Positions 8,069 to 18,072 of a DNA stretch of 64,000 bases are shown one piece after another. The stretch is from a virus: IMG/VR virus record IMGVR_UViG_3300044796_000222, positions 29,014 to 93,013 of that record. One strand, 5' to 3'. The notes beneath the pieces are model-generated. The model saw nothing but the letters and a program-made list of their open reading frames with translations. It searched no databases and had not been told where the DNA came from. Numbering within the stretch: position 1 is the stretch's first letter; every line of letters begins with the position of its first letter. A program made the translations under genes and the position numbers.

Positions 8069-10612
8069 TTACCTACTGAATCCAGGCTTTAGGAATGTCG
8101 CAGAACTTGCGGCATCTTTCGCTGCGGCCGTGAAGATCGCAAGGGCGTCAGATGCCTTTTTGAGCGCGACGACCTGATCGGCGATCCCTTTCTTCAAGGC
8201 CGCCTCGTCCTCGCCTTTGCCTGACGTGTCAACAAGATGAGGGCGCGCGATGCCGTCAGCGGGCGCAGAATCTCCGAGCAGCGTCTTCTGAATGTCGGAA
8301 AGAGGCTTACCTTTGCCACTGTTGATTTCGCCCATCACGCTATCGCGTAGCCACTCGTCTTTTTTCGCGCGCTGTTCTGGCGTGGACGAATCCAGAACAT
8401 CCAGCATGCCGCTTTCTCGGCTGCTGCGATCGTTTGCAAGGAATCCAAGATTCGCAGTGTCACGACTGTCGGCATCGCGACCGTGTACGCCGCTATCGAC
8501 ATAGGAGCGGAACTCCTTGTTGTGCGTCATGGCGTAATAGAACGCGCCGATGCCGCCAACCGCAAGAGCGCCGCCAGCCAAAGTGAGCGCCCCAGCACCA
8601 GCACCACCGACCGCACCAGCCAACCCAGCACCACCAAGCGCTCCGCCCCCACCGCCGCCAAGGCCGAGCGCTGCGCCCACGGCGCTCCCTGCGCTCCCGC
8701 CAAGACCGAGGGTCGCGATGCCGCGGATTGTTCCGCCGACGATTGCTGGCAACGCCGACATGAAGCCTGAGAACGCAAGCCCAGCCGCGATGAACGCCCT
8801 CGGCGATTCGGCGAAGTCTTTCACGAGGTCCGTCAACGAATTGGCGAGTTTGTCCCAATCAACACTGTTGATGAGTTTTTCGAATGCCGCTTCCAGTTTC
8901 GGGAGATTGTCGGCCAACTTGTCGATGAGCGGGCCGGCGACATCCTCGATCGAGTTCTGGAACTTCGCGATCGCTTGGTGATATTGCTGCTTCTTGCTTT
9001 TCGCGAGTTCGGTATCTTGGGTGTTGATATCAGCGATGCCGCCTTCGGTTGTTGATATTTGGTTGCCGAAGTATTGCTGGATCGCCTGCATGCGTGCGGC
9101 GCGATCCGTCTTGGACGCGCGATCGGCGACGTCTTCAAGAGATAGCGCGACCTTGCCTCCGCGCGATGGCGAGTAGACAGTATGTAGTTCTCTGCGTTTG
9201 CTTGGATCTGTTGCTGCGGCAACTGACTCCATCATCACACTGATTGCGTTGCTGCCTTCTGTTTCGACGCCAAGGTGAGCGAAGTGCTTTGCGTTTGCGG
9301 CGCCGCCAGGACCAGACATCGCGGCCATCATTGCCGTAATGGTCTGTGGGCCGCCACCGGACGTCGTCTTCGCCATCTGCAAAATGGCTTGGTATGCTCG
9401 CGCGCCAGCAAGCGGATCGATGCCGCCACGAAGTTGGCCGGCGAAGATCAGTTCTGATCTGCGAGCCATGTCTGACACTTCAAATGCGCCGCTTTGGCCA
9501 GCGAGCGTGTATGTCGACATCAACTGGTCTAGGTCTGCGCTGGAATACTCTTTCCCGCTTGAGCGGCCGGCTTGACGTGCGGCTGCGCGCATTTTCGCGA
9601 TGTCAGACATCGAGGCGCCGGAGACGCGCGAGAACTTTGCGATCGTGTCAAGATCGTTCGCCGTCTCCATGCCCTGACCCATCGTGCGGCCAGTTTTGAT
9701 GGCCGCGCCAACGTCGCCCATGTCAAGGCCGTACTTGGTCGCTGTCGCGCGGGCGCTCTTGTAGACTTGCCCTTCATCGAATCGCTGCCCGAGCCGACGA
9801 GCTTCAATGGCTGCGCGCGTGATCTCCTCTTGCGCATCAAGTCGCTGGGAGATGACTGAACCGATATCCATCGCGCGATCGAGGCCGGTGCCGGCCATCA
9901 TGCCGCCAGCAGCACCGCCGAGAACCCCGCGAACGACACGCTCGCCAGATCGAATGACTCCGCGAGCAAACGATGACCCGATAGGGCTGACGATCCTGGC
10001 CATGCTCATGCGACGACGGATGCCGGCAGCCTCAGCGCGATCGTTCGCGCGCTGCTGGGCCGTATCAAGATCCTTTTGCTTCTTGTCGGCAGCGCGCTGG
10101 TCGGCTTTATCCTTGCGATCGGCAATGGCGGCAGACTTGTCGGCCGCACGCTGCTCATTCTTGATCTTTTCGTCGGAAAGGCGCTTGTTCATCTCAAGCA
10201 GTTTTTCGTAGTGCGCCTTCGCCTTGTCGAACGTCTTTTGCTCTGCGTGAGCCTTCTTGTCTTCCGCCTTCACGGCATCGTCTGCCGCCTTTTTCTGCGC
10301 GTTGCTGGCCTTCTCGGCAGACTTTTCCGCTGCCCGGTCGGCGCGCTCCTTCGCCTTTGCGGCACGCTCTGCTGCGCGCTCGGCATCTTTCGCGATCTTC
10401 TCTGGGGAAGGCCCGCGTGGTGGGCGTGGAGTGAAGGAAGGCGGCGCACCAGGGGTGCCAGGCGTCGGCTGAGCGCCAGCGCGCAACGTCGCCATCATCT
10501 CGCGGATCTTCGCGGCCGTTCCCTCGATCTGCCCCCGCACCCAATCCATGTCAGTAGCGAATGATCCGCGATCGACGCGAATCTTGAACGCCGCTTCACG
10601 ATCGGGCACCAT
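8069..10612 (-). CDS. Tail tape measure protein
   Basis: 847 aa, helical Ala/Lys-rich, AGQSGAFEVSDMAR core motif, Gly-rich hydrophobic segment; follows the chaperone. Confidence 0.9.
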   Translation of the reverse strand: MVPDREAAFKIRVDRGSFATDMDWVRGQIEGTAAKIREMMATLRAGAQPTPGTPGAPPSFTPRPPRGPSPEKIAKDAERAAERAAKAKERADRAAEKSAEKASNAQKKAADDAVKAEDKKAHAEQKTFDKAKAHYEKLLEMNKRLSDEKIKNEQRAADKSAAIADRKDKADQRAADKKQKDLDTAQQRANDRAEAAGIRRRMSMARIVSPIGSSFARGVIRSGERVVRGVLGGAAGGMMAGTGLDRAMDIGSVISQRLDAQEEITRAAIEARRLGQRFDEGQVYKSARATATKYGLDMGDVGAAIKTGRTMGQGMETANDLDTIAKFSRVSGASMSDIAKMRAAARQAGRSSGKEYSSADLDQLMSTYTLAGQSGAFEVSDMARRSELIFAGQLRGGIDPLAGARAYQAILQMAKTTSGGGPQTITAMMAAMSGPGGAANAKHFAHLGVETEGSNAISVMMESVAAATDPSKRRELHTVYSPSRGGKVALSLEDVADRASKTDRAARMQAIQQYFGNQISTTEGGIADINTQDTELAKSKKQQYHQAIAKFQNSIEDVAGPLIDKLADNLPKLEAAFEKLINSVDWDKLANSLTDLVKDFAESPRAFIAAGLAFSGFMSALPAIVGGTIRGIATLGLGGSAGSAVGAALGLGGGGGGALGGAGLAGAVGGAGAGALTLAGGALAVGGIGAFYYAMTHNKEFRSYVDSGVHGRDADSRDTANLGFLANDRSSRESGMLDVLDSSTPEQRAKKDEWLRDSVMGEINSGKGKPLSDIQKTLLGDSAPADGIARPHLVDTSGKGEDEAALKKGIADQVVALKKASDALAIFTAAAKDAASSATFLKPGFSR

Positions 10613-10626
10613 TGGCTACTTGCTCG

Positions 10627-11286
10627 CTATTCCGAAACGGGCTCGGAGGGCGGCGTCACCGGCGCTTCCGCCGCCAGATCGCTTTTCGAGAACCCTTCGA
10701 CGAGCCATGTGGGCAATGACTTGCCCATCGCTGCATCGACAAGCAGGTTTGCCAAAGTATGTTGAAAGGTCACTCGAAAACTTCTGGCGGTATAGACTAA
10801 AGGGTCGCTGTTGGCCTCCTCTGCCAACTTCTTGAGGAGGTCGTTGAACGAACCTGGGTCTTGAATGCCGTATGTGATCGGCGACATCTCGCGCTCGAAG
10901 TCGTCGTATGCGCGCCAAAGCCAACTCATGTCCTCGGCAGGGAGACTGCGCAACTTCGCGCTGCCGGCGAACGGGGCCGGATCGCCGTTCGGCAACTTCG
11001 CCCTCGGGTCGGCGTCCTTCAGCGCACGAACGAGCAGTTCCACCTGCGTTGCGCTTTCGAGCATCTCGCTGCGCGCCTCTCGCAGCGGAGACTCCTTCTC
11101 GCGACGGTCGACGTGGGCGATTGCGCTCATGCGCGCATCCTCGATCTGCTGCTGGCTGAGAAGCGACAGCATGACCTGATCGCCGCGAATGGTGAACTGG
11201 CCTGTCTTCGGGTCTTTGACGCGCCTCGGCCAAAGCACGATTTTCGTCGCGTCTGTCCCCTCGGAGAGTTGGTCTAGTGTCGCCAT
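10627..11286 (-). CDS. Tail assembly chaperone (gpG-like; -1 frameshift product ends at 10616)
   Basis: Located between the tube and tape measure genes; in-frame slippery heptamer C CCT TTA. Confidence 0.8.
   Translation of the reverse strand: MATLDQLSEGTDATKIVLWPRRVKDPKTGQFTIRGDQVMLSLLSQQQIEDARMSAIAHVDRREKESPLREARSEMLESATQVELLVRALKDADPRAKLPNGDPAPFAGSAKLRSLPAEDMSWLWRAYDDFEREMSPITYGIQDPGSFNDLLKKLAEEANSDPLVYTARSFRVTFQHTLANLLVDAAMGKSLPTWLVEGFSKSDLAAEAPVTPPSEPVSE
10798..10804 (-). promoter_or_regulatory. Putative -1 programmed ribosomal frameshift site CCCTTTA
   Basis: X XXY YYZ heptamer in the correct phase (GAC CCT TTA); the -1 frame is open to 10616. Confidence 0.7.
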
Positions 11287-11290
11287 CGGA

Positions 11291-11686
11291 TCAACTGAAC
11301 GTGGTCGGTGTCGCGTCGATCGCGCCAGAGACGGTGATCGGCTCGTCTGCGGTCTTCGCTTCGCCGAACGAACGGGAGAGCGTCTTGGCGATGCCTGTGA
11401 CGGTGAAAGTCCAAGCGCCGCAGATTGCGACGATTTGAATCGGAGTCGTGTTGGTCACAGCGTCGACAAGATCCTGGCCGAACGAAGCGAAACCGATCTT
11501 CGGCACCGACCGCGTGACGGTGATGTCGCCCATCAGCGCGCCCTTACTGAAGCCAGCCCACCCGGCATCGATCGTGAGCACGTCGCGCGCGTTGTTGTGG
11601 ATAGCGACAGAGCCTTCCGTGACTTCTCGGCTGGGACTGCCGTTGATCCAGATGTCTCCGCGATCGAATTCGAGAATGATGGCCAT
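11291..11686 (-). CDS. Tail tube protein
   Basis: 131-aa beta-rich ORF directly after the sheath; GWAGFSKG motif. Confidence 0.8.
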   Translation of the reverse strand: MAIILEFDRGDIWINGSPSREVTEGSVAIHNNARDVLTIDAGWAGFSKGALMGDITVTRSVPKIGFASFGQDLVDAVTNTTPIQIVAICGAWTFTVTGIAKTLSRSFGEAKTADEPITVSGAIDATPTTFS

Positions 11687-11715
11687 GCTGCGCTCCGTCT
11701 GCGTGAAAATGGAAA

Positions 11716-11754
11716 GCGGCGCGACCGTCGGCTATTACGCCAACTGCCGCGCCG
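11716..11754 (-). terminator. Stem-loop between sheath and tube genes (weak terminator or processing site)
   Basis: - strand CGGCGCGGCAGTTGGC-gtaata-GCCGACGGTCGCGCCG followed by CTTTCCATTTT. Confidence 0.4.
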
Positions 11755-11772
11755 ATTCCGTGTGCTGAGTTG

Positions 11773-13356
11773 TTAGAGCAGGGTGAGTTGCTGGATCGCC
11801 GCGCTGAACTGCACCACCCACTGAACCGGCGTGATCGGCATCGTGGCATCCACGCGGCCTGGAACGGTCGGATCGAGGTTGAATACCCAGTTCGCGTAGT
11901 CCGCGTCCACGTTCGTGATCCACGGCCGCGCCTGCTTCGCGAGACCATTCGCTATGACGTGATAGTGGACCTGGATGAACTGCGGGTAGACGGTGCCGGG
12001 CGGCAATTTGTCTGCGCCGGGAGCCGGGTTGTCAACCAGCGTCGATTTGCCGAACGACTGCGGGAAGTCGGACTGGATCAACTTCGCGAAAGCGAACGGC
12101 ACCGACACTTGGATCGTGTCAAGCGTGCGCGCATCTGGGTTGCTGCTCGCGTCTTGATAGTGCGACGTGATCGAGCGGACAATGAGGTTGTCGCCAGCGC
12201 TCGTCGTCATGATCGGCGTGAGGCCGGTATTCAAGCAGGTGATGATCTGCGTGGTTGTCAAGTAGAGCGACGATGCCGACGGAGCCGCCGAAATCGCAGA
12301 CAGATCGGTCGCGGCCGGGTTGAACAGCGTCTCCACCGTCGTCGGGTCGGCGCCTTCGAGAACGGAGCGTTGCGCGGCCCAGCCAGCGCCGAGCGTGAAT
12401 GCGGTCGTCGGTAGGTTGCTGAAGACCACCTGAACGACCGGATCGTTGATCGCTGACATGAGCGCGACAGCAGACGAAAGGTTCGTCGCCGTATTCGATG
12501 CGGCCGATCCGTTGAAGCAAACGATGCCTTGGCCTGGCAATCCGACGGTCGCAGTGTATTGCGTGTCGAGATACGTTTTGAGCAAGCCAAGGTTCGTTGA
12601 ATCCTGCGAGCACGCGAACACGATGTCGTATTCAGATGCGGCGGCCACACCAAGGATGGCGCTCAGGCTTTCAACGCCAGAGCCGCCCGTAAGGGCTGCC
12701 GTGCCGGAAAGTGCGATCGTGAGGCCGAGCGTTGTCGCGGCGACCACGGAGACTGGCACTTGGTTGCCAAGCGAGCCGTTGTGGTTGAACGTGATGGTGA
12801 CGATCGGTTGCGTGCTCGACAAGCCGGCGGCTGCGGTGACGCAGAGGTTGTTGACCGACGAGTTGATCGCGTTGGCGATCGCGGTCGCAATCGACGGGTT
12901 GCCTGCGACTGCGGTGCCGGCCTGTTGGCCTGACGCGATGCCGACAGTAACAGGAACGCCACCGATCGTGACGGTGACATTGCCGCTTGCGGTTGCAGGC
13001 GTTGATGCGACCGTTCCGACGTTGATGATGCAGGTGGCCTTGGCGCCGCTCAGAATCGGCTCAGCCGGGAAGCCGAGATAGAGATCGACGGCCGGCGCCA
13101 TCGTATAGGCCGCTTGGGCCATCAGGTACGCCATCGAGTCGAGGCCGGCGAACGTCTGCGCGTCGGACAGGCCATTGACGCAGTGATAGATCGTTGTATC
13201 GGCGATGCCGCTGCCCGTGCTCATCTTGAAGCCGAGCAGGAGACATTTGAGCGGTCCGCCGCCAGCGCCATTCTGGCTCGCGCCGAATGCGATGGAGAGG
13301 AAGACTGCCGGGATACGATTGTTGGCGGCGACGCCGGTTGCTCCGCTGCTTGCCAT
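11773..13356 (-). CDS. Contractile tail sheath protein (Mu gpL-like)
   Basis: RIPAVFLSI, GLTPI, IVRSITSHY, PGRVDATMP motifs; 527 aa. Confidence 0.92.
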   Translation of the reverse strand: MASSGATGVAANNRIPAVFLSIAFGASQNGAGGGPLKCLLLGFKMSTGSGIADTTIYHCVNGLSDAQTFAGLDSMAYLMAQAAYTMAPAVDLYLGFPAEPILSGAKATCIINVGTVASTPATASGNVTVTIGGVPVTVGIASGQQAGTAVAGNPSIATAIANAINSSVNNLCVTAAAGLSSTQPIVTITFNHNGSLGNQVPVSVVAATTLGLTIALSGTAALTGGSGVESLSAILGVAAASEYDIVFACSQDSTNLGLLKTYLDTQYTATVGLPGQGIVCFNGSAASNTATNLSSAVALMSAINDPVVQVVFSNLPTTAFTLGAGWAAQRSVLEGADPTTVETLFNPAATDLSAISAAPSASSLYLTTTQIITCLNTGLTPIMTTSAGDNLIVRSITSHYQDASSNPDARTLDTIQVSVPFAFAKLIQSDFPQSFGKSTLVDNPAPGADKLPPGTVYPQFIQVHYHVIANGLAKQARPWITNVDADYANWVFNLDPTVPGRVDATMPITPVQWVVQFSAAIQQLTLL

Positions 13357-13358
13357 GA

Positions 13359-13907
13359 TCAGCCTTCCGAGGTGGAATCAGCCACCGGAATCGAGGGGTC
13401 GGCTTCGGGAGCCGGTGGGACGACAGGGATCGGAGCGGGAGCCGGAGCCCCAGACATTGCAGCGATCGCTGCTTCGGCCTTCGTGCGGTCGGCGTCAGCA
13501 GCGGCAAGACGAGCCTTGTCGGAGGCGTCCAGCGCGGCGGCGGAAGCGGCGTGCGCAGCGGCGGCCTTGGCGCGCTTCAACATGTTCGCTGTCGTGGCTG
13601 CAACAAGCGCAGGATCGCGATGCGTCTTTGCATTGGCGCCGGTACCGACGACCGTTTCGACATAATCGAGTGCGCCGCCAAGAATGTTCTCGCGGATGTG
13701 AGCGTCGCGCGTTTCGGCAACGAGGTCGGCTTCCGGCGAAACCGTAAACGAATAGACCGGCTGCTTGTCTTTCTTTCCGAAGACCTGCGTCTCGCCAGTT
13801 TTGGTCTTGGTGTGGCCGACAATGCGATGAGTGACGTTCAGATTGACGGCATCGACGACGTGATAGCCAGCGACGGCCTTCACTCGGAAGAAAACGGGGT
13901 TTGCCAT
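13359..13907 (-). CDS. Hypothetical protein (Mu gp38 position), Ala/Pro-rich C-terminus
   Basis: Tightly packed ORF immediately before the sheath. Confidence 0.6.
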   Translation of the reverse strand: MANPVFFRVKAVAGYHVVDAVNLNVTHRIVGHTKTKTGETQVFGKKDKQPVYSFTVSPEADLVAETRDAHIRENILGGALDYVETVVGTGANAKTHRDPALVAATTANMLKRAKAAAAHAASAAALDASDKARLAAADADRTKAEAAIAAMSGAPAPAPIPVVPPAPEADPSIPVADSTSEG

Positions 13908-13911
13908 TCTG

Positions 13912-14772
13912 TTATGCCTTCGCGTCGATGGGGACCTGGAAGGACGGCGTTTGCGTTCCGTCGCCAGGCAGGAGGATGGTTGCGTACAGGTCTTCCAACG
14001 CTTGATTCGGGCCGATGGCCGCGATCGTTGGGATTCGGCCGGGCGTCCACGTGATCGTCGAGAACTTGATCTCGTGGCACCACGCCTGAATTTTCGTCTG
14101 CACTTCGCGAGACGATTCTGGATAGATGATGTCTGACATCACCGACGCATCGAACATGTAGGAGGTGCATGCATCGACAGTGTTTCCGAGGTCGATCGGT
14201 CGCGTGCGCTGCCCTTGGTTGTTCGACATCCACAGACGCAGCGCCCATTGATACTTCAACTTGTTGCTGCGAATGCCGCCGCCCGGCGCCCATTGATAGC
14301 CAAGGAAGTGGAGCGTTGCGACAATCGTCCCCTGCGTCAGCATCTCTTTGAGTGAGGCTTCCGTGTTCGGAAGCGACGTACCCCAAGCGGCGGTGCTGAT
14401 GAGATTGCCTGGGCCAGCCGCGAACATGGTTGCGACTGTGCCCGTTGCGGCCATGCCGGTCGGCGGCGACTGCCACGTCACAATCATTCCTGGCGTGACG
14501 GGAGCGAAGTTGTTGACGCCGAACGTGGCGCCAAGCAAGTCGAGGCGAGCGAGGGACGGCGCGGAACTGGACCCGGTACTATAAACCCAGTTCGGCTTGC
14601 GAACTCGAATCACGCGACCGTCAGGCAATGTCCCGAGAAGACCCTTGGGAACTGCGAGGGGCGCCGATTGCGTGCTGACGATAGTGACGGTGCCCTGCGT
14701 GGGCGTGTTCATCGCGTCCGAGAGGTTGTCGAGGATTTGCCCCGCGCACTCGGAGATGAAACTGGTCGACAT
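13912..14772 (-). CDS. Putative tail terminator/neck protein with inserted beta domain
   Basis: Synteny (Mu gp37 position); tight gene packing. Confidence 0.55.
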   Translation of the reverse strand: MSTSFISECAGQILDNLSDAMNTPTQGTVTIVSTQSAPLAVPKGLLGTLPDGRVIRVRKPNWVYSTGSSSAPSLARLDLLGATFGVNNFAPVTPGMIVTWQSPPTGMAATGTVATMFAAGPGNLISTAAWGTSLPNTEASLKEMLTQGTIVATLHFLGYQWAPGGGIRSNKLKYQWALRLWMSNNQGQRTRPIDLGNTVDACTSYMFDASVMSDIIYPESSREVQTKIQAWCHEIKFSTITWTPGRIPTIAAIGPNQALEDLYATILLPGDGTQTPSFQVPIDAKA

Positions 14773-14774
14773 CG

Positions 14775-15233
14775 CTAAACGCCTTCGATGTAATCGATGA
14801 TGTCTTTCTCGATATCGTCGAGAATGTCGTCGCCAACATCGATGAACGTGCGCGCTGGAAGCGTTCGGTTGTTGTATGAATAGCCGCGATCCAGCGCGTT
14901 CGCTGACGGGTGGCCGTCAGGCGCACCGACTTGGGCGCTCTCGTTGTCGTGTTCACGAAGCGATGTCGCCGCACGCCGTAGGGCGCCATCGCGTTCTAGG
15001 ATCGGATTGGTCGCGCCGTATCCTAGCCGGGCGCGATCTCTCATCGTTGAGTCGGCCAGCGCTTGCCAGCCGCCGCCGCGCGCGTCAGATTCCGAAGCGA
15101 AGTTGCCGTCGATTGCGCTGGCAATCTTCTCTTCCGCGCGCTCCATGACAGGCGTCAAGTCTTCGGCGCGATCGGCCATCGCTTTGAATTCAGAGACAGG
15201 GCCAGTGACGTCCAATTCGAACTCGAACGACAC
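14775..15233 (-). CDS. Virion morphogenesis protein (Mu gpG-like)
   Basis: NFASE...WQALADST...IL.RDGALR...LPARTFI motifs. Confidence 0.88.
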   Translation of the reverse strand: MSFEFELDVTGPVSEFKAMADRAEDLTPVMERAEEKIASAIDGNFASESDARGGGWQALADSTMRDRARLGYGATNPILERDGALRRAATSLREHDNESAQVGAPDGHPSANALDRGYSYNNRTLPARTFIDVGDDILDDIEKDIIDYIEGV

Positions 15234-15235
15234 GC

Positions 15236-15760
15236 CTAGAAACTCCCGCGATTGAAGCCGCCATCACCAGCGCTCGTCGACGAGAAGTACATGCCCGAAT
15301 CGTCTTGAATGCGATCTGGCGCGCTGTTGGTAAACTGGCCGCCAACGTTTGCTGGCGTGATCTGAACCTGGTTTTGGAGGCGGCGCTTGTCGAGGCGGAT
15401 CTCTTCACACCGCTTCAACGCGCGCGTGTACGCGACTTCGTAGAGCCCAGGCGCGTCCTTCGCGGACGGTTGGTACTCCACGCGCCGAATGGCAGCGCGA
15501 TACATCGTGAAGACGCTGGCGATCTCCACGATTGCGCCATCGTAACCACCGCTCGGAAGCGGCAGGAACGGCGTGACATACACAACGCCGAGGAGTTCGT
15601 CGAGTTCCGCACACCCGTCTGCGATGCCAGCGGCCACCGCGGTCGGGTCTGCGGAACTGCTATACGAACCGCCTGGCTGAATGACGGAGAAAACCTGCGC
15701 CACGCGCTCCACGCCGAAGCGAGCTTCGAGGTCGGATTGCGCAATGTAGGCGGTCGCCAT
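15236..15760 (-). CDS. Head-tail connector (Mu gp36/DUF1320-like)
   Basis: YIAQSDLEARFG start, ELDELL...Y.TP, Y..AL..CEEI. Confidence 0.85.
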   Translation of the reverse strand: MATAYIAQSDLEARFGVERVAQVFSVIQPGGSYSSSADPTAVAAGIADGCAELDELLGVVYVTPFLPLPSGGYDGAIVEIASVFTMYRAAIRRVEYQPSAKDAPGLYEVAYTRALKRCEEIRLDKRRLQNQVQITPANVGGQFTNSAPDRIQDDSGMYFSSTSAGDGGFNRGSF

Positions 15761-15767
15761 CGCTTAC

Positions 15768-16415
15768 TCAGGCGTAATGCGAGCCGTACTGAAGTTCTTT
15801 CAGAACTCGCGCCGGCAACTTGTCGCCGACCTTGAATTCCAACCGCTTCGGCCGCCTGTTGCTGTCGAGGACAACGTTGCCTTCCTCGTCGCGCTCGGTC
15901 GTTGAGATGAGAGTCAACGCAACGCCCTTCGCGCCCGGAGGCGTGACGCCGTGCTTGACGCCCTTCCCGTCGATTGCAGCAATCGCTCGCGGCCCGCGTC
16001 GGTAGTGAACGCTGGCGGTAAGGCCGACGAGGTCGGCTTCATCGACGACCTCCTCGATCTTGTACTCGTGGCGCACACGCTGGCCGGAGGCATCCGCCTT
16101 CATCCCCATGATGCGGGTGAGCGCGTACGCCTTGGTGTCGACGCCTTCGGCCGCAGGCGCCGTCGGTGCGACAGGGATGCCATCGGCGCCGATGACGGGC
16201 GCCAGATTCGTTTCCGGCTCCGTCTGCTTGGCAGCGTAGATGACGTTCTTGGCCGCATCGGGCGCGATGTGCTGGAATCCGGCGTCCGTCGCGTCCCTGT
16301 CGAGCGCGCTTCGCCCATCCGAGACGATGGGCGCCGTGCGCGCGGCGAGATCACTGCGATCTCGCTGCGTGTTCGGATTCGCCATCGGGGGCGGTTGTTT
16401 TTGAGGGTTCGCCAT
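15768..16415 (-). CDS. Hypothetical head-associated protein with a duplicated short domain
   Basis: ATG at 16415 preceded by GAGAGG; follows the major capsid gene. Confidence 0.65.
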   Translation of the reverse strand: MANPQKQPPPMANPNTQRDRSDLAARTAPIVSDGRSALDRDATDAGFQHIAPDAAKNVIYAAKQTEPETNLAPVIGADGIPVAPTAPAAEGVDTKAYALTRIMGMKADASGQRVRHEYKIEEVVDEADLVGLTASVHYRRGPRAIAAIDGKGVKHGVTPPGAKGVALTLISTTERDEEGNVVLDSNRRPKRLEFKVGDKLPARVLKELQYGSHYA

Positions 16416-16423
16416 CTTGCCTC

Positions 16424-17593
16424 TCAGGTGATCGTGGTCGACACGCACTGGTCGATGAGCGCGCCGGCATCGTTCGCCGTAACCTGCTCGATGTCCGAGT
16501 GCGCGACCTTGAGGTGCGTCGCGCCGCTCATCCCGACGCGCGGATCGAAGACGCTGCTGAACGTGAGCGGGTAGTGGCGGAACGTCTTGCCGTACGCCAA
16601 CTCGTTCACCGAAGCGCCGGGGCGCTGCTTCCAGAGGCCGAAGCCCTTGCCCCAGACGTAGTCGTAACTCGCCGTCGAAGCGTTCGGCGTCGTGTCGTAC
16701 TTCGCTTCGCCGACGTGGATGGCGCCGATTTCGAGCAACGCAGCGAGTTGCGCCGGGCGAACGATGCGCTGGTCGGTGAACATCGTCGGCGAAACCGCCG
16801 CGACCGAGCTGACCACGTTGCGGTTCTTGCTGAGCGCGTCGAAGACGGGCCGCGAGCAACCCGCCATGTCCGGCTGCATCGCCATGAAGCGCTTCGCGCG
16901 GAGGATGTCGTTGATCGGGTCCGACGAGCCGCCGCCAGCCGCGTCCCACTGGTTGAGGCCAGTGAGCGTGATGGTGTTGCCTGACGCGTAGTTGCCCGTG
17001 CCCATGAGCACGGCGGCCACGCGGTACTCGCGTGACAACTCGATGTTCATGCGGAGCACGTTCGAAGCGCGCTGAAGGACGTTCAGGACGGCGTCTTCGT
17101 TGATGAGGACGTCCTGCGGGATCGGCATGCGCAGCGCATACGGCTTGACCGTGTATTGCGTGTCGCTGAAGTCCTGCGGGACTTCCGCCGGCATCGCGAG
17201 AGGCGAGACGCCTGCATCGACGACGCGGTTGATGTCACGACGCGACCAGACCACGAAGAGGTCTTGCGCATGCTGGACCTTGACCCACGGCAGTACCTTG
17301 TCGGCGATGAGATACTTCGAGAGGTCGGCCTCGAAGTAGTCGACGCTGAACGTATCCATGAGATACGGGACGTGGACGTCAGACGGCGACAGCGCCATCT
17401 TGTGAACGGCCGCCGGGTCTGCGCCGCGAAGGCGCATGAACTCGGAGACCTTGAGATCGCCGCCGTGGACGGACGAAAGCGCGTCGATCGGGTCCGAGAT
17501 GATCTCGACGCCGGAGGCGCGAGCGTTCTTGTCGAGCACCATGCTGGGGGCTGCCATGTTCGTGTTCCTTTGATTGGGTTGCGCCGCGATCAC
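16424..17593 (-). CDS. Major capsid protein (HK97 fold, gpE-like family)
   Basis: IADKVLPWVKV, REYRVAA, W....SSDPINDI, YVWGK, YGKTFR motifs; synteny. Confidence 0.9.
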   Translation of the reverse strand: MIAAQPNQRNTNMAAPSMVLDKNARASGVEIISDPIDALSSVHGGDLKVSEFMRLRGADPAAVHKMALSPSDVHVPYLMDTFSVDYFEADLSKYLIADKVLPWVKVQHAQDLFVVWSRRDINRVVDAGVSPLAMPAEVPQDFSDTQYTVKPYALRMPIPQDVLINEDAVLNVLQRASNVLRMNIELSREYRVAAVLMGTGNYASGNTITLTGLNQWDAAGGGSSDPINDILRAKRFMAMQPDMAGCSRPVFDALSKNRNVVSSVAAVSPTMFTDQRIVRPAQLAALLEIGAIHVGEAKYDTTPNASTASYDYVWGKGFGLWKQRPGASVNELAYGKTFRHYPLTFSSVFDPRVGMSGATHLKVAHSDIEQVTANDAGALIDQCVSTTIT

Positions 17594-18036
17594 GGCAGGC
17601 TGTTGGTGATGGAGAGGCGGACGACCATCGTCTGACTGTCGACGCCTGCGGTCATCGCGTAACCGACGAGCACGAGGCCGGCCGAAGCGCCAAGTGCAGT
17701 GGCCCAGCCGAGTTTGCCAGAGGCGACGCTGACGGTAACGGGGCCGTCGATCGCGATCGTGCCGTTCGACATCACGACGACGGTATCGCCATCGCTGTTG
17801 AGCGTATCGAAGACGTCGCCGGGATTTGCGTCAGTGTACGAGAAACCGGCGTACGTCTTCAACGCGGTGTCAGCCGTCGTCGGAGCGCGAACCGCCGGCT
17901 GCGAGCGCTGGAGGCCGGTCGTCGAATCGTAGACGAGGAAGATGCCCGCCGGGATGACGAGCGTCGACGTGTTGCACGCACTGATCTTGTGCGTGTTGGT
18001 CATCGGGGTGAGCAGAGCTGCGCTGGGAGCGGCCAT
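17590..18036 (-). CDS. Head decoration/capsid cement protein (DUF2190-like)
   Basis: 148-aa beta-rich ORF, IAIDGPVT..ASGK...VGYAMTAG; lies between protease and capsid genes. Confidence 0.75.
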   Translation of the reverse strand: MAAPSAALLTPMTNTHKISACNTSTLVIPAGIFLVYDSTTGLQRSQPAVRAPTTADTALKTYAGFSYTDANPGDVFDTLNSDGDTVVVMSNGTIAIDGPVTVSVASGKLGWATALGASAGLVLVGYAMTAGVDSQTMVVRLSITNSLP

Positions 18037-18072
18037 GGTGTTGTTCTCGCTTTGAAGTGGTGGTGAGTGGGA

